From: Frisingicoccus sp.
GTDB taxonomy: Bacteria; Bacillota; Clostridia; Lachnospirales; Lachnospiraceae
DNA length: 38,699 nt
Direction: 5' to 3'
Assembly (NCBI GenBank): GCA_048357495.1
Contig: DBGCEW010000022.1
Location: 1-38,699 of the forward strand
The stretch's first letter is position 1. Every line of letters starts with the position of its first letter. The position numbers were made by a program, and so were the translations under genes. The notes below the pieces were generated by a model. The model was not told the DNA's origin. It saw only the letters and a list, made by a program, of their open reading frames with translations, and searched no databases. Of this stretch, positions 19,810-28,123 are shown in pieces.

Positions 19810-21153
19810 TCACTTCACCTGATAAATCCGGCCGTCATGGCTCTGCAGCTTCAGATGGACATGTCTGTTTTCCACTTTTATTTCTTCACCGGAAATTAAG
19901 TCTTTCAGGCAGCTTCCATCGGAAGGCAGCACAATATCCATCTCTGCTGCCGAATCATCATTGTTCAATGCCGTCACACAGATTTGATTCTGCCAGCGCC
20001 GTCCGTAAACATACTGACGATTTGTCAGTAAAATCTCGATATGTTCCCCATAAATAAGTTCCTTCCGCGAATTCCGTATATATGCCAGCTTTTTAATCAG
20101 CCATGTCACATCACCTTTTTCCATCTCAGAAAGCTTTATCTGCGGCCGCAGCGGTCCGTCACTTCCTCCGGACTTACAGCCTTCAATAGCAAATTCCGAA
20201 CCATAGTAAACCGACGGAATTCCCTGGATTGTATATAAAAACACATACACCGGAATAAGATCTGACTTGCAGGCCAGCTTGCTTCCAATCCGGTCTACAT
20301 CATGATTATCCACAAAATTATATAATACTGCCCCCTTGCAGAGACCGTATTCACCAAAGAGGCGCCGTAATGTATGGGCCATTTCAAAATAATTATGACT
20401 GTTATGGGCAGAATAAATTCCCTTATGAAGATCATAATTGGTTACAGAATGAAGCATCTCCGGATTTACCCAGCGACTGTAATCTCCGTGAATAACTTCA
20501 CCCATCAGCCAGAAATCCTGCTTCATTCTTTCTGTTTCCCGGCGCAGACGCCGCATAAAATCAAAGTCCAGCACGTCGGCACAATCCAGCCGGATACCAT
20601 CAATATCAAAGGTATCTATCCAGAAACGGACCACATCGATCAGAGCATCTGCAACGACCGGATTTCTGAGATTTAACCGCGGCAATTCCGGATATCCCCG
20701 CCAGGATTCGTACCAAAACGGATCTCCGAGAGGACTGCTGCCATCAAAATTCACCTGACAATACCAATCCTTTCCCCAGGAATCCCATTTTTGCTCCTGA
20801 AGATTCTTAAAAGCCGGAAATTCCCGGCCCGTATGATTAAAAACGCCATCCACGACAACCTTAATTCCCTCGGCATGACAGGCATATACCCAATTTCGAA
20901 AGCCTTCATTATTCCCAAGCCGCCGGTCAATCTGCCGGTAATCCCGGGTGTCATAGCCATGGGTTGAGGATTCAAAAAGGGGGCCAATATAAACCGCACT
21001 GAACCCCAGATCTTTCATATGACCTATCCACTCATTCCCAACCGCAAAAAAAGGGACCTCTTCCTGAAAAAGGGGCCCGGAACCATTAGATTCCGGCGCC
21101 CCACAAAGTCCCAGGGGATAAATATGATAAAAAATCCGATCTTCAAATAACAT
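19810..21153 (-). CDS. GH13 alpha-amylase/cyclomaltodextrinase-type glycosidase
   Basis: Conserved regions DGVFNH, GIRLD, GEVIH and FVDNHD. Confidence 0.9.
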   Translation of the reverse strand: MLFEDRIFYHIYPLGLCGAPESNGSGPLFQEEVPFFAVGNEWIGHMKDLGFSAVYIGPLFESSTHGYDTRDYRQIDRRLGNNEGFRNWVYACHAEGIKVVVDGVFNHTGREFPAFKNLQEQKWDSWGKDWYCQVNFDGSSPLGDPFWYESWRGYPELPRLNLRNPVVADALIDVVRFWIDTFDIDGIRLDCADVLDFDFMRRLRRETERMKQDFWLMGEVIHGDYSRWVNPEMLHSVTNYDLHKGIYSAHNSHNYFEMAHTLRRLFGEYGLCKGAVLYNFVDNHDVDRIGSKLACKSDLIPVYVFLYTIQGIPSVYYGSEFAIEGCKSGGSDGPLRPQIKLSEMEKGDVTWLIKKLAYIRNSRKELIYGEHIEILLTNRQYVYGRRWQNQICVTALNNDDSAAEMDIVLPSDGSCLKDLISGEEIKVENRHVHLKLQSHDGRIYQVK

Positions 21154-23180
21154 TAATCAAAATCCTCCGGAAGCAGTGTAAACATACTTGCCTCTTTATA
21201 TGCATTATCCAACACTGTCATGAATAAATTTTTCATATTACGTTTTTCCAGATTGACAACGCCCTCGTCAATAACCGCCATAACATCCTCATAGTTAACA
21301 TCTTCGCCGGCCATCATACGCTTTTCGAAAATTTCCCGAAGGGTTACCATACGGACTTCTTCTGAAATATCATAGCCCCGGCGTTTTGCATAGGATTCCG
21401 CCAGTTTTACCAGCTCACTTTCGTCGTACTTTGAAATATTGATCACATTTAAAAACTTCGAACGTAATTTTGGATATTTTTTCCACAGACGATTGAAATC
21501 AGCCTCTGAATCTTCCATGACAATGGCAACTTTCTGTTCATCCCTGTTCACATAATCTGAAATAATACTTACTGATGTCTCAGAAAGCATTCCGGCACTT
21601 CCGATAATCAGACAGCCACCGGAAATCTTTTCAAAAACCGGCGAAAAATCCATCGAATTTAATTCACTGGAATCTGCCCGGACAATTTTCCCTTTATCAC
21701 ACATACCATAGGTATTCAGCGCCTTTGCAATCCCTATGGAAATCTGTGATTTCATACTCTCATCCGTACCGGATACAACAAAATTAATGTCATAAGGTGC
21801 CAGAATATCCTCTTTATCCAACAGAGAGGATTCCAGTTTTGTAAAGGTTTCTGCCAGCTGCTTCTTGACATCTTTAATATCCACCGCCGTAGAGAAGATG
21901 TCCATCACGGTATCCGGTACCGGGATATCCTCTGTGACAATTTCATCCTCATATTCAAGTTTTACCGATGCGCCTTCCGCTTCCTGTACCTCGGATGTTT
22001 CCTTCAGAACTTCCGTTTCCTTTACTTCCGAAACCCGTTCCTTCGACTTCTCCCCGAAAAACAAATCAAAGGTCGTCTGATTCATTCTATTGTCAATAAC
22101 CTCATCCACATCCTCCGCATCGCTGTCATCATCCACTGTCTCCGGCATCACTACACGCATACGGCTGACAAAAGCTTCATTCGCTGACGCTCTGTCTGCT
22201 GTTGCTGTTATTCCACTTTCAATATTTTTCTGTATTCTTTCAACAAAATCTTCGCCCTGCTGCGTCTGCTCCGGACCTGAGATATCCTCTGCAGTTTCCT
22301 TCTGTTTTTTTGCCAAGATCTCCGCAGCCCTTGCCGCGATCACCGCCGTATCCAAAACAACGGTTTCACCAGCCCCTTCTTCATCTATCTTTTCTTTTAT
22401 GACATTCAGATTTTCTGTTTTTCCGCCTTCTTCCAGATCATAAACATCCGAGTATTCATCATCATCTCTCATATATTCATCCACATTCAATGGAACATTC
22501 AGTCCGCTGCGCTCCAGCAGCCCTTCAGAGTCAAACATATACGTTGCTCCCACTGTCTGCTGCATCGCCGGATCTGTCACATCAATATTTCCGGACGGTT
22601 TATGTACGGCTCCCATCACTTCATTCTTCAGTTCCATAGCCATATCCACATATTCGCCATGTCCAAACCAAAGAACGATTTCATCACACTCACGGATACA
22701 TTTCTTATCCTCTCCCGCTTCCTGATAAAGCTTCGCCAGTTCATACGCCCACTCTTCAATATACTCATAATCCTTTAACTGTTCCAGCGTATGAATGAGA
22801 ACTGAAACCCGTTCTCCCTTTCCTTTATCGAGACGGTATCTGAGAATATAACGATGCAGATCCCTTGACGCGACTGAAATAAATTCTTTATAATAATATT
22901 CCGCTTCCGAATAACTTCCCTTTTCAATATACACCTCTGTGAGCAAATCCAGCCCACGCCGGCCCTTTGGCATCTTTTCGTAGGCTTTTAATAAAACCTT
23001 CTCCGCCGAATCCAATTCCCTTTCATGCAAAAACACTTCCCCAAGTAAACAGAGTGACGACACATTCTTTACTTTATTTAATTCCAGCTTCTCCGCCAGC
23101 TTCACTGCCGTTTCATAATCCTGTTCATAGGTACAGCTTTTGATTTCCCTCATCAAATCCGTTTCATTAAACTTTTCCAC
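21153..23180 (-). CDS. TPR-domain protein with acidic linker and degenerate CbbX/SpoVK-type AAA+ C-terminus
   Basis: N-terminal TPR-like helices and a C-terminal AAA-like segment (INFVVSG...KS, GGCLII, LRSKF). GTG start after AAGGAG; the stop overlaps the amylase start. Confidence 0.7.
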   Translation of the reverse strand: MEKFNETDLMREIKSCTYEQDYETAVKLAEKLELNKVKNVSSLCLLGEVFLHERELDSAEKVLLKAYEKMPKGRRGLDLLTEVYIEKGSYSEAEYYYKEFISVASRDLHRYILRYRLDKGKGERVSVLIHTLEQLKDYEYIEEWAYELAKLYQEAGEDKKCIRECDEIVLWFGHGEYVDMAMELKNEVMGAVHKPSGNIDVTDPAMQQTVGATYMFDSEGLLERSGLNVPLNVDEYMRDDDEYSDVYDLEEGGKTENLNVIKEKIDEEGAGETVVLDTAVIAARAAEILAKKQKETAEDISGPEQTQQGEDFVERIQKNIESGITATADRASANEAFVSRMRVVMPETVDDDSDAEDVDEVIDNRMNQTTFDLFFGEKSKERVSEVKETEVLKETSEVQEAEGASVKLEYEDEIVTEDIPVPDTVMDIFSTAVDIKDVKKQLAETFTKLESSLLDKEDILAPYDINFVVSGTDESMKSQISIGIAKALNTYGMCDKGKIVRADSSELNSMDFSPVFEKISGGCLIIGSAGMLSETSVSIISDYVNRDEQKVAIVMEDSEADFNRLWKKYPKLRSKFLNVINISKYDESELVKLAESYAKRRGYDISEEVRMVTLREIFEKRMMAGEDVNYEDVMAVIDEGVVNLEKRNMKNLFMTVLDNAYKEASMFTLLPEDFD

Positions 23181-23223
23181 TATTTCATCTCCTTAAGCCT
23201 CTGCGTGCCATTTATCCAATATA

Positions 23224-23252
23224 ATTTTAACATAATTGAATTTCATTGACAA
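23224..23252 (-). promoter_or_regulatory. Sigma-A promoter of the TPR-amylase-glgB operon, straddling the element's left junction
   Basis: TTGTCA (23252-23247), 17-nt spacer, TAAAAT (23229-23224) with an extended -10 TG. Confidence 0.65.
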
Positions 23253-23310
23253 TAGCCGAGAAAGCCGCGTAAATAATAGGCTCTTTACTTTCGGTTGTTG
23301 CTAACCTGTT
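23232..23310 (+). repeat. Left direct repeat (att)
   Basis: ATAATTGAATTTCATTGACAATAGCCGAG...GCTAACCTGTT; 78/79 identical to 29408-29486 (C23257 vs T29433). Confidence 0.93.
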
Positions 23311-23461
23311 ACTAACCGCATAGAATTATTCTAATTCCGATACCTCTCTGTTGAGTCCCCTATATGGATTGGGGTTCGACTCCCCTTAGGTCATTTATCG
23401 CACATTCTGAAAATAGGTATAAGAATACCACCAGTCATAAAAAACTGATGGTAAAATCACC

Positions 23462-23650
23462 TCACTGCTCACGATTTATAGGCTCTCCTAAGCGCAACTT
23501 TGAACCGCACACAGAGCATACATAAGAACGTCTACCTGTATCCTGCATTACACCTTTTCCACAGGTACTACAAACAGCTTTTTGCCCATTCTGTAATTTT
23601 TTCAACATATCATTTACTTTATCGATTTTTCTTTGTTGCTCTCTTGTCAT
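23462..23650 (-). CDS. Small zinc-ribbon protein
   Basis: 62 aa with CSTC...CSVC; RBS GGAGG. Confidence 0.7.
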   Translation of the reverse strand: MTREQQRKIDKVNDMLKKLQNGQKAVCSTCGKGVMQDTGRRSYVCSVCGSKLRLGEPINREQ

Positions 23651-23704
23651 TCAGAACACCTCCAAGGCAAATCTGGGTATAAAACCACTCATTTCAAAAA
23701 TGAC

Positions 23705-23941
23705 TTATATTCTAACATATTTTTTAAAAACTTCCGGAACAATATCGATAAATGGGACTCCATTAATCTTCAAATTATCTACCAACTCTTCCAGTGATTT
23801 AAACAATATTTCCTCATCCTCATTATCAAGAGGCCAAAAAACAACTTCTTCTCCCGGCCAACATATACCGTACTCTCGCCCCTCATATATAAACGAAGGC
23901 TCGTTACACATTAAAAACTCTATAAGTTGCTCTCTATCCAT
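23705..23941 (-). CDS. Small acidic hypothetical protein
   Basis: 78 aa, RBS GAGGTG, and its own promoter TTGAGA (24008-24003), 17 nt, TATAAT (23985-23980). Confidence 0.72.
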   Translation of the reverse strand: MDREQLIEFLMCNEPSFIYEGREYGICWPGEEVVFWPLDNEDEEILFKSLEELVDNLKINGVPFIDIVPEVFKKYVRI

Positions 23942-24058
23942 GTCGTCACCTCAATAAATCAGCATTTGAAACCCTCTTTATTATACCGATAATTGGTGTA
24001 CTTCTCAACATATTTCCGATTCACGTTTGCCCAAAACCACTTAGAATACTTAGATTAT

Positions 24059-24229
24059 CTATTTGTTTTTGAATGTAGTATTTGCGCTATTCGTTTGTTT
24101 TGTAATCTTCCTTTTTGTGTGCAGTATTCGTGTTTGTTTTGGTGATAGTGAATAGCTGCACACATTTACCTATTCGTGTTGTTTTGAACTATTACCAAAC
24201 TCATGCACCATATTCGTGGTTTTGTGAAC
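24059..24229. repeat. Five irregularly spaced imperfect repeats TATTCGT(G)TT(T)GTTTTG with an embedded hairpin
   Basis: Copies near 24059, 24087, 24124, 24170 and 24210; stem TGTGTGCAG-TATTC...GAATA-G-CTGCACACA (24116-24164). Confidence 0.7.
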
Positions 24230-24234
24230 GTTCG

Positions 24235-25095
24235 CTATTCCATCCCTAATGCCGCCCGCTCTGTTGAACTGGTCCAGGTCCGGTTAAATGTACCAACACC
24301 ACAGCCACTATAGGCATGGGTATCTATGTAATCCTGAAGAAATGGCCGCAACCTCTCTGCATACTTTGGCCGCCGCAGTTCCCGGAAGGCCTTTTTCTGG
24401 CATTATCTTGCTTTTTCAGCGCTGCCACCAATCCGCTGGCCAGCTTCTTTTAATGTCAGATTCTCCTTATATCTGGCCCGAATAACCACGGTTTCACTCT
24501 CCGGCAGAGCATCCACCATTGGCCAAAGTACACCTCTTAGAATCGCCATATCTTCCCGATCAATAATATCATCCTCTATTCCGGTGTTGCCCGGTATTAA
24601 ATCTCCCAGTGTTGCCCCGTCTGCATCATCCACGGACCTGTTCAGACTGGCAGATTTCACCAATTTCAGGTCTTTTTCCAACTCATGAACATCTTTATAG
24701 CCAAGCCCCAAATAATCCGCTATTTCCCGAATTTCTGGTTCCTTGCCATTATATTCCCGGAACCATGAGACAAACCGCTGGTATTTCCACAGATACTCCT
24801 GACGGTATGCCGGAATATGTATCGGGGCATTGTTCTGGATATATCGCCGCATCCGCTGCCGTATCCAATACACAGCATACGTCATGAACTTTGCTTCGCC
24901 CTCCGGCCTGTAACCGTCCACAGCATCACACAGGCCAATATATCCCTCCTGAATCAGGTCATCTTCCTCAGCATAATGATTATATCTCCCGGCAATCTGG
25001 CCAATCAACGGCCGGTTCTGCTGCCATAACAAAGCCATATTAGCAGCGGTATCTATTCCCGCCTGAATCCGTGTAACCAGTTCTTCATTGGTCAT
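24235..25095 (-). pseudogene. Sigma-70 family RNA polymerase sigma factor interrupted by a single in-frame TAA
   Basis: Region 2 DLIQEGYIGL...FMTYAVYWIRQ, region 3 EIADYLG, region 4 TLKEAGQRIGGSAEKAR*CQKKAFRELRRP. The frame stays open for 55 codons after TAA 24405-24403, to TAG 24237-24235. Confidence 0.85.
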
Positions 25096-25129
25096 ATATT
25101 CACCCCGTTTCACGATTTTCTACACTTCC

Positions 25130-25693
25130 CTATATGCTATCTTCCCAGTCAACTGCATAAATGGTCAGATCATCCAAATCGTACACATTCAATAAGGAAT
25201 TCTCACCTTTTAACACACTATTTACAACCGCAACACTAAATCTCTTTCCCCATACCACACTCTGTACCCGCATATTTTCCAATGCCTGGAGCACTTTAAG
25301 GGGTTTCTCCCACTTCTTTCGATGTTTGTACTTTGGCCGTTCATAATCCCCATAGTAAAATGGCAATCTTTTTATCTCTATCTCAGTATATTCCGCAAAT
25401 CGACACATCCGATAAATGATATATTTATATCCTCCCTGAGAAACATTCTTTATTCTCCGGTACACAGGATACGGATAACATTCCCGGCAGAGCAGTCTGC
25501 CACCAAAGATATATAGCTTCATTCGCCGATGGCCACATTTTGGACAAACCAAATATACACGCTCACCATATCCGGTTTTCTGCTGCCGGAACTCAATGTT
25601 AAATTTCCAGCCATCTTCCATAAACACCTCTGCTCGTTCCATACCCTTGGCGCCCATTTCAAGACAACTTTGAACATCGATAAACTGGCGCAT
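25130..25693 (-). CDS. Hypothetical zinc-finger protein
   Basis: CPKCG...LLCRECY; likely start ATG 25693 after GAAGGTG. Confidence 0.7.
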   Translation of the reverse strand: MRQFIDVQSCLEMGAKGMERAEVFMEDGWKFNIEFRQQKTGYGERVYLVCPKCGHRRMKLYIFGGRLLCRECYPYPVYRRIKNVSQGGYKYIIYRMCRFAEYTEIEIKRLPFYYGDYERPKYKHRKKWEKPLKVLQALENMRVQSVVWGKRFSVAVVNSVLKGENSLLNVYDLDDLTIYAVDWEDSI

Positions 25694-25784
25694 TCTATCA
25701 CCTTCGTTCGTTTTGTAAAAATACGAAATCCAAAAAATAAATGCCCTCATACACATCTAATTGCATACAAGGGCACATCAATTA

Positions 25785-25985
25785 TTACTGAACCACTACA
25801 TTTACAGCCTTATTTCCTTTCGGTGTTTCCGCCACATCAAAAGTAACCTTCTGTTCCGTCAGGAGCATTCTATATCCTTCCATCTGGATATCTGACTGAT
25901 GAACGAATAAATCGCCGCCGTTGTCATCTGCAATAAATCCATACCCCTTTTCAGCGTCAAACCATCTTACTTTTCCCGTATGCAT
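25785..25985 (-). CDS. Cold-shock domain protein (CspA family)
   Basis: GKVRWF, RNP1 KGYGFI and RNP2 LFVH. Confidence 0.95.
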   Translation of the reverse strand: MHTGKVRWFDAEKGYGFIADDNGGDLFVHQSDIQMEGYRMLLTEQKVTFDVAETPKGNKAVNVVVQ

Positions 25986-25986
25986 A

Positions 25987-26592
25987 TTACTGCTCCCCTT
26001 CCGTCAACTGCAGGTTATCATCCAGTTTTCCCAGAGCCGTCGGGAGCCAACTCACACTCATTAGTGCAGCAATATTATTATCAACGGTCACTGGATAAAT
26101 AAATTTTCTTACATTTTTTCGAAGATCCTCAAATACTTTCAGCTTATCTTCTCGGGTCTCTGGAAGATACGCAACAAACACACTTTTTTTCGATTCAACC
26201 AACGCCATACGGATAGATTTAATAGAGAACTCATCATCTTTATAGGCAGCCACAATATCAATAAAATCCTTTTCAGATAATGCGTTTTTCTCAATTAAAT
26301 TCAAAACGTTCGCTAATCCTGCCTGATATCCCGGATCCCTAAGATTGCTCACAGTATTGTTCTGATTTTTACTGTTAAAATACTCTTCCGCCCGGCTAAT
26401 AATTTCCAATCCCTGCGCCTGGTTTATCTCAGCTCCAGCCTTAAATTCCGTATTTATAGTTTCTACCTTGGCCCGAATCCCATTAGGCGTATAGTTTCCA
26501 CTATTTTCTGCCGCTTTAATTTCATTTATGGCTGAATTCAAATTATTCTGGTGACGGTTAACAACGGACTGCAATTCACTTTTAAAACTCAT
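25987..26592 (-). CDS. Hypothetical helical protein, first gene of the element's leftward operon
   Basis: ATG 26592 after AAGGAAGG; its stop lies 1 nt before the csp start. Confidence 0.75.
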   Translation of the reverse strand: MSFKSELQSVVNRHQNNLNSAINEIKAAENSGNYTPNGIRAKVETINTEFKAGAEINQAQGLEIISRAEEYFNSKNQNNTVSNLRDPGYQAGLANVLNLIEKNALSEKDFIDIVAAYKDDEFSIKSIRMALVESKKSVFVAYLPETREDKLKVFEDLRKNVRKFIYPVTVDNNIAALMSVSWLPTALGKLDDNLQLTEGEQ

Positions 26593-26623
26593 TCTATTTT
26601 CCTTCCTTTCTTCCTTGGCCAAT

Positions 26624-26758
26624 AAAAAAGACGCCGGAACAACTGAACGCAATTTTGCGTTGAATCATTCCCGCGCCTATTGGCTTCCACTCTTTGAGTG
26701 GGGTACTTCTTTTATGTATTTATGAGGTAATTATATCATAACAGAGCAATGCACGCAA
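26624..26758 (-). promoter_or_regulatory. Sigma-A promoter plus structured leader ending in a terminator-like hairpin
   Basis: TTGCGT (26758-26753), 17 nt, TATAAT (26735-26730) with extended -10 TG. Hairpin CCACTC/GAGTGG (26687-26701); long hairpin 26630-26677 followed by U6. Confidence 0.65.
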
Positions 26759-26927
26759 CCAAAACAGTCACTACCAGCATCTGATTATCCTATATCATTA
26801 CCTAAATATTTCTTTTGCCGTTCAACATATCTTCTTTCCAAACTCTCTAAAAACATAATATTATTTTTATATTTTTCCCAAATTTCTATAGCTTCATCAC
26901 ACACTGCGTTTTCATATACATAATTAC

Positions 26928-27296
26928 TACGCAAATTATGAAAATAATAACCGAAAACCCAATACTGCTATTTTAAGCAAAATTTGTGAAAAGTTAGAAA
27001 TTGACATGAACATTCTATTCCAATTAGCAACGCTCCCTGCTGATTTGCGTGACTCAATTATTGATAGCTATACAGAAGAAAGAAAAATAAACAAAAAACA
27101 AAATGCAGATTTATCTAATTTCTTTAATGTGAGACAAGTTGTCAATTCATTTGGTGAAACTAAATCAGATAAAATCAACAAATTATTTAATTCATTAAAC
27201 GAAAAAGGCCAAGATAAAGCCCTTGAACAGGTAGAAATGCTCACTAAGATACCAGAATATCAGGCTGAGACACCAGATAAACCAGAAGAAGAATAG
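26928..27296 (+). pseudogene. 5'-truncated XRE/HTH_3 repressor
   Basis: In frame upstream of the track's ATG 27006 is YANYENNNRKPNTAILSKICEKLEID, the second half of an HTH_3 domain; the first helices and start codon are missing. C-terminus FNSLNEKGQDKALEQVEML is typical of these repressors. Confidence 0.72.
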
Positions 27297-27514
27297 ACGC
27301 TACTCTGGCCAGTATAACGCAGCCAGATAAACGGACGCAAAACTGCGTCGGTACAAATAAAAAAAGCTCACCTCAAAAATGTGGTGAGTTCTGAATCATA
27401 GTGCTCTGGTCAGTATAGGCTTGAGCATTCTTTTAAAATATAATCTATTTACCCAGGGAACCGATGGGGGCGATGTACCATCTGCCGGACATTATTTGAA
27501 AGGAGTTGGTACAG

Positions 27515-27604
27515 ATGGTTACATATAACGATTTATTTCAATTTGTAATTATGCTTTGTGCGGTCATTACTCTTGTTGTTACTCTTACGAAACGCAAAAA
27601 GTAG
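27515..27604 (+). CDS. Type I toxin, holin-like single-TM peptide (copy 1)
   Basis: MVTYNDLFQFVIMLCAVITLVVTLTKRKK (29 aa), RBS GAAAGGAG; too short for the ORF track. Confidence 0.8.
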   Translation: MVTYNDLFQFVIMLCAVITLVVTLTKRKK

Positions 27605-27692
27605 TGCCCTCGTCCTGGTAAGATAAGGCACTACTCTTAGTCATTTACTCTTGCCGGCGGCTGGTCTTCACCCAGCTTTCGGTTCTCTTGTT
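27595..27692 (-). ncRNA. Predicted antisense antitoxin RNA (copy 1)
   Basis: Convergent promoter TTGAAC (27727-27722), 17 nt, TATAAT (27704-27699); terminator GTAGTGCC/GGCACTAC plus U-tract over the toxin stop. Confidence 0.62.
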
Positions 27693-27855
27693 AAGTATAT
27701 TATATACGATTCAGCCTGAATGTTCAATCGGAAAAGCATATATTTTCCGCTCAGGGACATTTGGTTTTGCCGCTCTTTAACAACATAATATATTTACCTG
27801 GACAGCCGGGAGGACGATTCTACCCGTTCCGAGTCTTGCGGAAGGGGTGGTAGAT

Positions 27856-27939
27856 ATGGTTACATACAGCGATTTATTCACCTTTGTGATTATGCTCTGT
27901 GCAGTCATTACACTTGTTAATTTATTGCATAAAAAATAG
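27856..27939 (+). CDS. Type I toxin, holin-like single-TM peptide (copy 2)
   Basis: MVTYSDLFTFVIMLCAVITLVNLLHKK (27 aa), RBS GGAAGGGG. Confidence 0.8.
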   Translation: MVTYSDLFTFVIMLCAVITLVNLLHKK

Positions 27940-28035
27940 CCGTCCTGCTCCCTGGTAAAGAATAGGACGACTATTTTAGTTAAAATTTCTTTTACCGGGA
28001 CGGGTAGCCTGCACCTACCTTCCGGCTGTCTTGTT
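27931..28035 (-). ncRNA. Predicted antisense antitoxin RNA (copy 2)
   Basis: Promoter TTGACA (28071-28066), 18 nt, TATAAT (28047-28042); terminator ATAGCCGTCCT/AGGACGACTAT plus U-tract. Confidence 0.65.
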
Positions 28036-28123
28036 AAGTATATTATAGGTTATTCCAAGCAAAGCTGTCAACCCTTCTATTTATTCCATGCCTGCCAGCT
28101 CTGAATGAAAAGAAGGTGACTAA

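Noticed and set aside
23345..23400. Intact tRNA gene at the attachment site
   Set aside because: Only a T-arm is visible, with no cloverleaf or CCA, and it lies outside the direct repeat.
24059..24229. Canonical CRISPR array
   Set aside because: The repeats are only ~15 nt, imperfect and irregularly spaced, and no cas genes are in the window; kept as an unexplained repeat array.
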